Shown here in pieces: positions 32,104 through 39,888 of a DNA stretch of 64,000 nt. The notes below the pieces were generated by a model. That model saw nothing but the letters and a program-made list of their open reading frames with translations, was not told the origin of the DNA and searched no databases. Numbering within the stretch: the stretch's first letter is position 1; every line of letters starts with the position of its first letter. The position numbers were made by a program, and so were the translations under genes. Source of the stretch: Ignavibacteriota bacterium (GTDB lineage: Bacteria > Bacteroidota > Ignavibacteria > UBA10030); contig OY969585.1 in NCBI GenBank assembly GCA_963701295.1, forward strand, positions 1,440,001-1,504,000, written 5' to 3'.

Positions 32104-33047
32104 TGGAACATCTTAATGAAGAATCCTTAGAAACAACAACACCGATTTTCGATGGTTCTTGGGAACGGGCACATCGCAATATAACAACAGCAGCGTTTCT
32201 AGGTTTGATCATCACCGGTGTAGTATATTTTTACGCACAAACAATTATTACTGGAATATTGTTCTTTCTCAACGTATCAGGAACGCAGGAAATATTAAAG
32301 GCGAAAACATTTTTTGAACGAATTTCGTACACAATGACAGTACTAAAAAATCCCTTGCGTTACTCTTTGATCGCCTCTCAGTTCCTTTTTATGCTTGTGC
32401 CGATAGTATGGATTATTAAACGCTGGCATACGATTCATGTACTTTCATATGCTCGGATTGCACGTATCTCTCCTCTCGAACTCGTTGTTGCCGTCGCCGC
32501 TACCGTCTGTTTTGTTCCTGTGAGTGGAGCCATAAGCGAATTCTTTATTAGGAAATTGAATATTCCAGATTTCTTAGCTCAGTTGAATGCTCAAATATTT
32601 ACATCGTATAGCTCGCAGGAATTACTTTTCCTGATTGTTGCTGTGTGCATAACTCCGGCGGTGTGTGAAGAGATGCTTTTTCGCGGGTATGTTCAGCGGA
32701 CCTTGGAACGCACCCTAGGAATGAAAAGCGTATTTATTACAGGCGTAATTTTTGGACTTTATCATATGCAGCCGTTAAATTTAATGTCGCTCTCTTTTCT
32801 AGGAATTCTCATTGGATACTTTTATTATCGAAGCAAAAGTCTGGTACCGTGTATCTTTGCGCATTTTACAAACAACCTCCTTGCTGTTCTATCTCTCTAT
32901 AAAACAAAACATGAACAAACAGTTTTTCGTGTTTTTGATTTTGAGATAACCTTTTTAGGGTGCATAGGTGCACTGTTGTTTACAAGTGCATTGATTTTTC
33001 TATATCATGAAATAACAAAAAAGAACTTTGTAGAACAGTTCGGTTAA
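32100..33047 (+). CDS. CPBP/Abi (CAAX protease-like) intramembrane metalloprotease
   Basis: EEMLFRG, FGLYH and HFTNN motifs. Confidence 0.9.
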   Translation: MMEHLNEESLETTTPIFDGSWERAHRNITTAAFLGLIITGVVYFYAQTIITGILFFLNVSGTQEILKAKTFFERISYTMTVLKNPLRYSLIASQFLFMLVPIVWIIKRWHTIHVLSYARIARISPLELVVAVAATVCFVPVSGAISEFFIRKLNIPDFLAQLNAQIFTSYSSQELLFLIVAVCITPAVCEEMLFRGYVQRTLERTLGMKSVFITGVIFGLYHMQPLNLMSLSFLGILIGYFYYRSKSLVPCIFAHFTNNLLAVLSLYKTKHEQTVFRVFDFEITFLGCIGALLFTSALIFLYHEITKKNFVEQFG

Positions 33048-33198
33048 ATTAGTATCAAAAACCTATTCCTTTTAGCCGTTGGATATTTCTTCGTTTGGAT
33101 GGAACGTGCAGAAGAATGGAAATTACTCTGCTGTTAGCGGTTTCTCGTTTCTCTCTGAATAGTGAGAAATTCTTTCGCATTGAAAATTGAGTTGAAAC

Positions 33199-33234
33199 AA
33201 AAAAAAGACGGCATCAGAATGAAGCCGCCTTTTT
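33199..33234. terminator. Terminator between the convergent CPBP and serC genes, probably bidirectional
   Basis: A8-GACGGC...GCCGCC-T5. Confidence 0.75.
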
Positions 33235-33254
33235 CTAATTACAGAATTATCTGT

Positions 33255-34340
33255 TTACTTGTTCGCCTTGTAGAATTCTTCCATATACTTCGCCAGAAGC
33301 TCAACCGATTCTATCGGGCAGGCATTATACATTGAAGCACGCATGCCGCCAACTGAACGATGGCCTTTCAGCCCGAGCATCTTTTTCGGTTTTGCCTCGG
33401 CAATAAATTTTTCTTCCAACTCCGGTGTCGGCAAGTTCCAGGTGACGTTCATCAGCGATCGATCTTCTTTATTGACGACTGAGCCTTTGTAGAATTCCGG
33501 ATGTGCATCGAAGATATCATAAATAAGCTTTGCTTTCTTTTGATTGCGCGCCTGAATAGCTTCGAGTCCGCCTTCTTTGATAATCCATTTCAGTGTTCTA
33601 CCGACCACAAATATCGGCAGGCAAGGCGGCGTGTTGTACAACGAACCCGCATCCACATGTGTTTTGTATTTTAACATGGACGAAATGTTTTGTTTTGCTT
33701 TCGCTTCCATCCACGCTTTCTTGATAACTACCATAACAACACCCGCAGGGCCAAGATTTTTTTGTGCACCGGCATAAACGAGACTATACTTTTTAAAATT
33801 CCGTTTGATGCCAAGCATGTCAGAAGACATATCAGCAATCAAAGGCACATTGCCAACATCAGGATCAGTTTTCCACTGTGTACCAAAGATTGTGTTGTTC
33901 GTTGTGATATGGACATAATCCGCATCACCGGAATATTTGATTTCCTTCGGCAGCTGATTGAAGTTCGTTGCTTTTGAAGATGCGACCTCAGTTACTTCTC
34001 CGAGAATCTTTGCTTCTTTTATCGCTTTCGATGCCCATTCACCTGTATTGACATAATCAGCTTTCTTGTGGAGAAAATTCATCGGAACCATAGCAAATTG
34101 TAGGCTTGCACCCCCACCGAGGAACACGACGGCGTATTCATCTGCCGAAAGCCCCATAAGAGCAAGAGCGTCTGTTTGCGATTCTGTTACTACTTTTTCA
34201 AATGCTTTATCGCGGTGGCTGATTTCCATAATTGAAACACCAAGTCCGGCAAAATCCATCACGGCATCTCGCGTCTCTTCAACAACGGAAAGCGGTAAAA
34301 CTGCCGGTCCAGCAAAGAAGTTGTGTGCACGTGCCATCAT
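33255..34340 (-). CDS. serC: Phosphoserine aminotransferase
   Basis: HNFFAGPAVLP, EISHR, DMSS, YAGAQKNLGPAG, GHRSVGG.RAS.YNA. Confidence 0.96.
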   Translation of the reverse strand: MMARAHNFFAGPAVLPLSVVEETRDAVMDFAGLGVSIMEISHRDKAFEKVVTESQTDALALMGLSADEYAVVFLGGGASLQFAMVPMNFLHKKADYVNTGEWASKAIKEAKILGEVTEVASSKATNFNQLPKEIKYSGDADYVHITTNNTIFGTQWKTDPDVGNVPLIADMSSDMLGIKRNFKKYSLVYAGAQKNLGPAGVVMVVIKKAWMEAKAKQNISSMLKYKTHVDAGSLYNTPPCLPIFVVGRTLKWIIKEGGLEAIQARNQKKAKLIYDIFDAHPEFYKGSVVNKEDRSLMNVTWNLPTPELEEKFIAEAKPKKMLGLKGHRSVGGMRASMYNACPIESVELLAKYMEEFYKANK

Positions 34341-34746
34341 TATGACCCTTTCTGAATTATTTATTCAAGTACATTCGGTAGGTGAAACGATTATCTAAAC
34401 ATACTAATATTTTTTTTCAGTGTCTACATTCTTTTTCAGAAATATGCATTTATTGGAGATAGGTTCTCTCTGGAAAGAAACACATAGAAATAGGTTGTTG
34501 TTGAGGCGTTGAATTCTACCACATCGTTGCAATGGAATAGCCACATAATGCAACGAATCGTCGATGGCGAAAAAAGAAGGTTTAAAAAGAATTGTTTGGT
34601 TGCTGGTTAGAATATTTTTTGGTATAATCAGAGAACCAAAACTGTTTGATTTTTCCTTCGATCTGCTCGGCAAACCGTAGCAATCGGTGGTTGGACAGGA
34701 TAAACAACTATAATTCTTACTCATCATTATCTTACAGGAGTATTCT

Positions 34747-35667
34747 ATGAAGATTCTCGTGACTGATGGTATTACGTCCGAAGGCGCAAAGATCCTTACA
34801 GATGCCGGACACCAGGTAGACAAAGTGAAGCTGACACCTGAAGATCTATTGAAAAAGATCGGTGATTACGATTGCATCATCGTCCGCTCCGCAACAAAGG
34901 TAACTAAGGAAGTAATAGAAGTTGGGAAAAAACTCAAAGTGATTGCTCGTGGGGGTGTTGGGCTGGACAACATCGATGTGCCGGTTGCCGAGAATAAGGG
35001 TATTAAAGTCTTGAATACACCAGCTGCATCAACTGTGTCCGTTGCAGAGCTCGCTCTCGCGCATATGCTTGCTGTGTCTCGCTTCCTGAATGTCAGCACG
35101 ATGGAAATGCGACAAGGCAAGTGGCCGAAAAAGGAATATGGAGAGGGCATTGAATTGTACAAAAAGAATCTTGGCATTCTCGGTCTCGGTAATATCGGAA
35201 AAGAAGTGGCACGACGCGGATTAGCATTCGGGATGCATGTATTGGCATACGATCCGCCATTCACTCCAATGGATTTCTTCGTCGAAATTACGACAAAGGA
35301 AAAAGTGCTTGTCAATGCCGACTTCATCACACTTCACCTCCCGTACAATAAGAAGGAGGGTCCAATTATCGGGAAGAAGGAATTTGAGATGATGAAAAAG
35401 GGTGTGGTCATCGTTAACTGCGCACGCGGTGGTGTAGTAGATGAAGCCGCTTTATTGGAAGCATTAAACTCTGGTAAAGTTGCTGGAGCAGGATTGGACG
35501 TGTTCACGAATGAACCACCGACCGAGGCTCAAAAAGCCCTGATCAATCATCCACGTGTGAGTGTGTCGCCGCATATTGGCGGTTCGACTGTTGAAGCTCA
35601 GGAACGCGTTGGCGCAGAGATCGCGCAAAAAGTAGTGAAAGCATTCAGCGCTCAAGAACACTCATAA
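34747..35667 (+). CDS. serA: D-3-phosphoglycerate dehydrogenase (short form, no ACT domain)
   Basis: VRSATK, RGGVGLDNID, GLGNIG, NCARGG, SPHIGGST; serC/DUF1015 context. Confidence 0.85.
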   Translation: MKILVTDGITSEGAKILTDAGHQVDKVKLTPEDLLKKIGDYDCIIVRSATKVTKEVIEVGKKLKVIARGGVGLDNIDVPVAENKGIKVLNTPAASTVSVAELALAHMLAVSRFLNVSTMEMRQGKWPKKEYGEGIELYKKNLGILGLGNIGKEVARRGLAFGMHVLAYDPPFTPMDFFVEITTKEKVLVNADFITLHLPYNKKEGPIIGKKEFEMMKKGVVIVNCARGGVVDEAALLEALNSGKVAGAGLDVFTNEPPTEAQKALINHPRVSVSPHIGGSTVEAQERVGAEIAQKVVKAFSAQEHS

Positions 35668-35683
35668 TAAATTTTGGAAGTGT

Positions 35684-36925
35684 ATGGCAACAATCCGACC
35701 GTTTAAAGCATTTCGGCCGAAACCGGAATTTGCCGGTGAAGTCGCTGCTCGACCGTACGATGTGCTCAACTCCGATGAAGCACGCAAAGAGGTGAAGGGA
35801 CATCCTCTCTCTTTTTTGCATGTTGGTAAACCGGAAGTTGATCTCGATCCGAGCATTGACCTCCACGACAAACGAGTCTATGAGAAGGGAAAAGAAAATC
35901 TCCAGAAACTCATCTCTCAAGGAGTTTTGGTGGAGGATTCAATGCCTTCACTCTATGTTTATGCACAGACAATGGATCATCGCACACAGTACGGTCTTGT
36001 CGGATGTGCGTCGGTGGAAGAGTACTGGAATGAAATTATTAAGAAGCACGAATATACACGTAAAGACAAGGAAGAAGACCGTTGTCACCATGTACGTGTA
36101 ACGAATGCGCATTCCGGTCCGATCTTTCTTACGTATCGCAACAACGCAGAAATTGATACCATAGTCGAACGCGTAACAAGTCATCCGCCTGAAAACGACC
36201 ATGTGGCACTTGATGGTATTCGGCACCAAAGCTGGGTGATCAAAGACAAAGCGATGATTGAAAAGATTACTTCAATCTTCCGAACGATTCCATACTTGTA
36301 TATTGCGGACGGACATCATCGCTCAGCAGCGGCCGCAACCATTGGCAGAGAACGTGCCAAGGCAAACCCCCACCATCGCGGCGATGAGCAGTACAATTTC
36401 TATCTCGCAGTATATTTTCCATCAAATCAGCTTCGGATTATGGATTATAATCGTGTCGTCAAAGATTTGAACGGATTGACGAAAGTAGAATTTTTTGACA
36501 AGCTGAAATCAGATTTTAACTTTGTCGAATCTTCAGCATCAGTCAAGCCAGCAAAAAAAGGCGACTTTGGGATGTACCTCGATGGCAAGTGGTACATCCT
36601 CACTGCAAGTCATTCATTGCAGTGTATCACAGATTCTGTGCAATGCCTTGACGTTTCGATTCTTCAGGATCATGTACTTGATCCTATCCTCGGTATCAAA
36701 GATCCTCGCATAGATAAACGAATTGACTTTGTTGGTGGTATCCGCGGATTAAGTGAATTAGAGCGACGGGTAAATTCCGGCGAAATGAAGGTCGCGTTCA
36801 GCATGTATCCCACATCTCTCGATGAGCTTATGACCATTGCGGACGATGGGAAAGTGATGCCTCCAAAATCAACATGGTTCGAACCGAAACTCCGCGACGG
36901 ATTGTTTGTACACTTCTTAGATTGA
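35684..36925 (+). CDS. DUF1015 family protein
   Basis: PYDV, IKKHE, YIADGHHR and MPPKSTWFEPKLR motifs. Confidence 0.92.
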   Translation: MATIRPFKAFRPKPEFAGEVAARPYDVLNSDEARKEVKGHPLSFLHVGKPEVDLDPSIDLHDKRVYEKGKENLQKLISQGVLVEDSMPSLYVYAQTMDHRTQYGLVGCASVEEYWNEIIKKHEYTRKDKEEDRCHHVRVTNAHSGPIFLTYRNNAEIDTIVERVTSHPPENDHVALDGIRHQSWVIKDKAMIEKITSIFRTIPYLYIADGHHRSAAAATIGRERAKANPHHRGDEQYNFYLAVYFPSNQLRIMDYNRVVKDLNGLTKVEFFDKLKSDFNFVESSASVKPAKKGDFGMYLDGKWYILTASHSLQCITDSVQCLDVSILQDHVLDPILGIKDPRIDKRIDFVGGIRGLSELERRVNSGEMKVAFSMYPTSLDELMTIADDGKVMPPKSTWFEPKLRDGLFVHFLD

Positions 36926-36938
36926 AACGATAAAACGG

Positions 36939-37646
36939 ATGAAATATATCGTATTCTTGTTTTTCCTGCCAGCTTGTCTTTTCGGACAAGCTCGTTCGCC
37001 TGTAAAACTATACAAGATCGAAGATTCTGTCTGGGTGCACACCACGTACAAATTGTACAATAATATCAATCTGCCTGCGAATGGATTGATCATCCAGACA
37101 TCGGCTGGATTGGTATTGATTGACACTCCGTGGGATGATTCACTGACGACTGAACTGCTCGATTCAACAAAGAAGCGATTCAATCAAGATGTTGTTTTAG
37201 CAATCGTTACTCATGCGCACGAAGACCGAATCGGAGGTATCCGCACGCTTCATAAGAAAGGAATAAAAGTTGTCAGTATTGCCCTTACGTGTCAGAAAGC
37301 AAAAGAGCTTGGGTATGAAGTTCCGGAGCCGGTCTTCTCAACAGATACAACATTTATTTTTGGAAACGAACAGATTGAGTATTTCTATCCCGGTGCAGGG
37401 CATACGATTGATAACAGCGTTGTTTGGTTTCCAGAAAGAAAAATTCTCTTTGGGGGATGTTTGGTGAAATCTGCATCCTCAACCAATCTCGGCAATATTG
37501 CAGATGCCGATCTCAAAGAGTGGCCTCGGTCCATTCATACCTTGATGGAAAAATTCCCCACAATTCATGTGATTGTACCCGGTCATGGTGAATGGGGAAA
37601 CTATACGCTACTGCAACACACATTAGATCTGCTGTCGATGCACTAA
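36939..37646 (+). CDS. Subclass B1 metallo-beta-lactamase (secreted)
   Basis: Signal peptide; ANGLI, LIDTPW, HAHEDRIGG, GAGHT.DN, FGGCLVKS, LGN, VPGHG. Confidence 0.88.
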   Translation: MKYIVFLFFLPACLFGQARSPVKLYKIEDSVWVHTTYKLYNNINLPANGLIIQTSAGLVLIDTPWDDSLTTELLDSTKKRFNQDVVLAIVTHAHEDRIGGIRTLHKKGIKVVSIALTCQKAKELGYEVPEPVFSTDTTFIFGNEQIEYFYPGAGHTIDNSVVWFPERKILFGGCLVKSASSTNLGNIADADLKEWPRSIHTLMEKFPTIHVIVPGHGEWGNYTLLQHTLDLLSMH

Positions 37647-37786
37647 GTAAATTCTTGTTCTCATTGAACAAGTACTTTCCCTTCGCTGGTAATCCACACT
37701 CACTGAATAATCATCTTTTTCCTTCCTTGCTGTAGTATTCTATACGCTCATTTATGAGAGAAAAACCGGATTTTTAGAAGGAATAA

Positions 37787-37827
37787 GCTACGGAACATTC
37801 CGTAGCAATCTACGGAACATACCGTAG
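37787..37827. promoter_or_regulatory. Tandem palindromic operators (TACGGAA-CA-TTCCGTA and TACGGAA-CA-TACCGTA), 22-bp spacing
   Basis: gctacggaacattccgtagc aat ctacggaacataccgtag, about 120 bp upstream of the 37946 start. Confidence 0.7.
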
Positions 37828-37945
37828 GTTGAAAAATACTGGAATCACCCGATGTAATTCAAATGGTGCTGGAGTATCTTAATACCAGTTAGAATAAGTT
37901 AAAATTAACTCAACGATATACTAACAATCTTTAAAGGAGATACAA

Positions 37946-38431
37946 ATGAAAAAGCTTCTTTTAGTCGCCGTCTTATTGATGGTTGTCGCTGTTGCGTCGT
38001 ATGCGCAAGTACAGACTGCAAATATAACAGCAAATGTTAATGCAACTGTGACATTGGCAAAACTTACTGATCTGGCAACCCTTACTGCAAATCAAGGGCA
38101 GACAGTATCCTTTGCATCAAACACTGCGAACGCTGCATCATTTTTAATGACAGGAGCAGCACTTGCTTCAACAACAGTAGTCGTTGCATTTCCTGCAACA
38201 TTGTCTGATGCTGCCTTAAACACTATGACATTTACCGGACAAATCCCGCGAACAAATATTGTAGCTGGCGCTGCGACATCTACAGCATTAGCTGCGCTAA
38301 CCGGCGGGACCGCAACCACATCTGCTGGTGGTCAATTGTGGATATATGCTGGCGGCGGCGTAACAGCAGCTGCAGCACAACCGGCGGGACAATATACCGG
38401 CGTAGTTACAGTTACAGTTTCACAGCCGTAA
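37946..38431 (+). CDS. DUF4402-like secreted protein, putative major pilin
   Basis: Sec signal; Ala/Thr-rich beta-type sequence; DL...G, A.F..TG, IYAGG.V and Q.AG.YTG.VTVTV C-terminal strand; strong AAGGAG RBS. Confidence 0.75.
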   Translation: MKKLLLVAVLLMVVAVASYAQVQTANITANVNATVTLAKLTDLATLTANQGQTVSFASNTANAASFLMTGAALASTTVVVAFPATLSDAALNTMTFTGQIPRTNIVAGAATSTALAALTGGTATTSAGGQLWIYAGGGVTAAAAQPAGQYTGVVTVTVSQP

Positions 38432-38455
38432 CGCAAACTTCAATACGCAGAATAA

Positions 38456-38498
38456 CAAAAGCTCGGTTGCCGAAAAGGCGGCTGAGCTTTTGCGTTTT
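38456..38498 (+). terminator. Intra-operon hairpin/terminator after the putative major pilin
   Basis: CAAAAGCTCGGTTGCC...GGCGGCTGAGCTTTTG followed by CGTTTT. Confidence 0.8.
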
Positions 38499-38554
38499 AA
38501 GTTTCTTGGAAGTATCTTAAATGCAATGAAGACTTCAAATTCGGTACGATCAAC

Positions 38555-39043
38555 GTGAATACCAGAATGATACTACTCTGCGCATGGGTACTGGCATTGT
38601 TCAGGATAGGAATTATCCCGACTGAAATGTTTGCACAGGATGGATTGACTGCTGTTAAACGCAGCGATCTGAGCATCGGCAATATCAATATCGGTCAATC
38701 GCTGCGCATTCTTCCTCAGAGTCCGGCAGCGGCAAAGTTTGAAATACGAAGCACATCCGAAACGGATATCTTCATACAAATTGTCCTTCCGGATCATTTA
38801 CAGGAGATTGGCGGGAAAAGCGAATTGGGTGTCACGTTTAGTACGGATTGTGCGCGATGGTCGCTGAACGATAATGTAGAAAACTCAACGTCGTTCGATC
38901 CACATTCTCCTCTCCGTGTACATTTAGGAAAAAACCAATCGGTGATTATCTGGCTTGGAGCATTTGTCGCTCCCCCGTCGAATCTCCAGGCCGGGCATTA
39001 TATATCGTCTATTACTCTCACAACAACTTCGGTGGCGAAATGA
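38555..39043 (+). CDS. Second DUF4402-like secreted protein, putative minor/tip pilin
   Basis: Signal; SDLSIG, AAKFEI, IWLGA and AGHYISSITLT parallel the motifs of the first pilin. Confidence 0.65.
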   Translation: MNTRMILLCAWVLALFRIGIIPTEMFAQDGLTAVKRSDLSIGNINIGQSLRILPQSPAAAKFEIRSTSETDIFIQIVLPDHLQEIGGKSELGVTFSTDCARWSLNDNVENSTSFDPHSPLRVHLGKNQSVIIWLGAFVAPPSNLQAGHYISSITLTTTSVAK

Positions 39044-39870
39044 AATATCAAATTCTTTTTTCTTTCTTTATCCCTTCTGTTCTGATTTCATTGAACGTTG
39101 TTGATGCGCAGGTCACTGTTGCGCCGCCGGTTGTTTTCATGAGTCCGGAGAATCGTTTCGATGTGCTGATGCTTGAGAATCGAACGTCCAACACACAGGA
39201 AGTGTCTGTGGAATTTAAATTTGGTTATCCGACCTCAGATTCACTTGGAGTTGTTGCCATGCAATATGCGGATTCGAGCGCAGAGCGGCAGTATTCTATC
39301 GCATCGTGGTTAAAAGCATTTCCAAAAAGATTTGTGCTTGTTCCCGGGGAACAGCAATCGGTGCGTCTTGCATTGATGGCGCCGCCGTCGCTTGCCGATG
39401 GTATATACTGGACACGCATTGTCACCACTGGTGCGCCTCAGCAAAAATTTGTGGATACAGTGCGGGCAGGTATCGTTACCCAGCTCAATTATGTATTTCA
39501 ACAAGTCACAACTGCTGCATTTGTCAAAGGAAAGATTGTTTCACAGCTTGCCATACAAGGAAAGGGTGTTCAACGTGATACCTCTGGAATTGCAATTCTC
39601 TGGTATGTCAACCGAACGGGAAATGCTCCGTACTTCGGCACTGCCGTAACGAAGATATTCAACCAGAGCGGCGATCTTGTTGATGAGATAAAAGAAACAT
39701 TGGCAATTTACTTTTCCATGATGAAGCGTTCACTCTTTTCCATTGCCAAAGTGAAACCGGGTTCGTACTCTGTCGAGGTATCGCTTCTCCCGGAGCGTAC
39801 TGACATTCCACATGATCAATTAAAACATTTCGATTCATTTTCACAGCGGTTCAATGTAACCATTCCGTAG
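39040..39870 (+). CDS. PapD-like periplasmic pilus chaperone
   Basis: Signal; V.P..V start; FPKRFVLVPGEQQSVR (PapD_N-like); G.YW; second Ig domain RTGNA. Confidence 0.75.
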   Translation: MKYQILFSFFIPSVLISLNVVDAQVTVAPPVVFMSPENRFDVLMLENRTSNTQEVSVEFKFGYPTSDSLGVVAMQYADSSAERQYSIASWLKAFPKRFVLVPGEQQSVRLALMAPPSLADGIYWTRIVTTGAPQQKFVDTVRAGIVTQLNYVFQQVTTAAFVKGKIVSQLAIQGKGVQRDTSGIAILWYVNRTGNAPYFGTAVTKIFNQSGDLVDEIKETLAIYFSMMKRSLFSIAKVKPGSYSVEVSLLPERTDIPHDQLKHFDSFSQRFNVTIP

Positions 39871-39888
39871 AGACGGGGCAGCGAACCG

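Noticed and set aside
32100-33047. Abi-family gene as a phage-defence system
   Set aside because: The CPBP 'Abi' name is historical, and there is no defence-island context.
34668-34700. GGCAAACCGTAGCAATCGG resembling P1 of a c-di-GMP-I (GEMM) riboswitch upstream of serA
   Set aside because: The stem is imperfect, the following GACGCAAA/P2 elements are absent, and the gene context is atypical.
34404-34823. 139-aa minus-strand ORF in the serC-serA spacer
   Set aside because: Overlaps serA antisense, has no recognisable motif or RBS, and is probably a chance ORF in promoter DNA.
37787-37827. Mini-CRISPR array
   Set aside because: Only two ~18-bp units with a 3-4-bp gap, no spacers and no cas genes.
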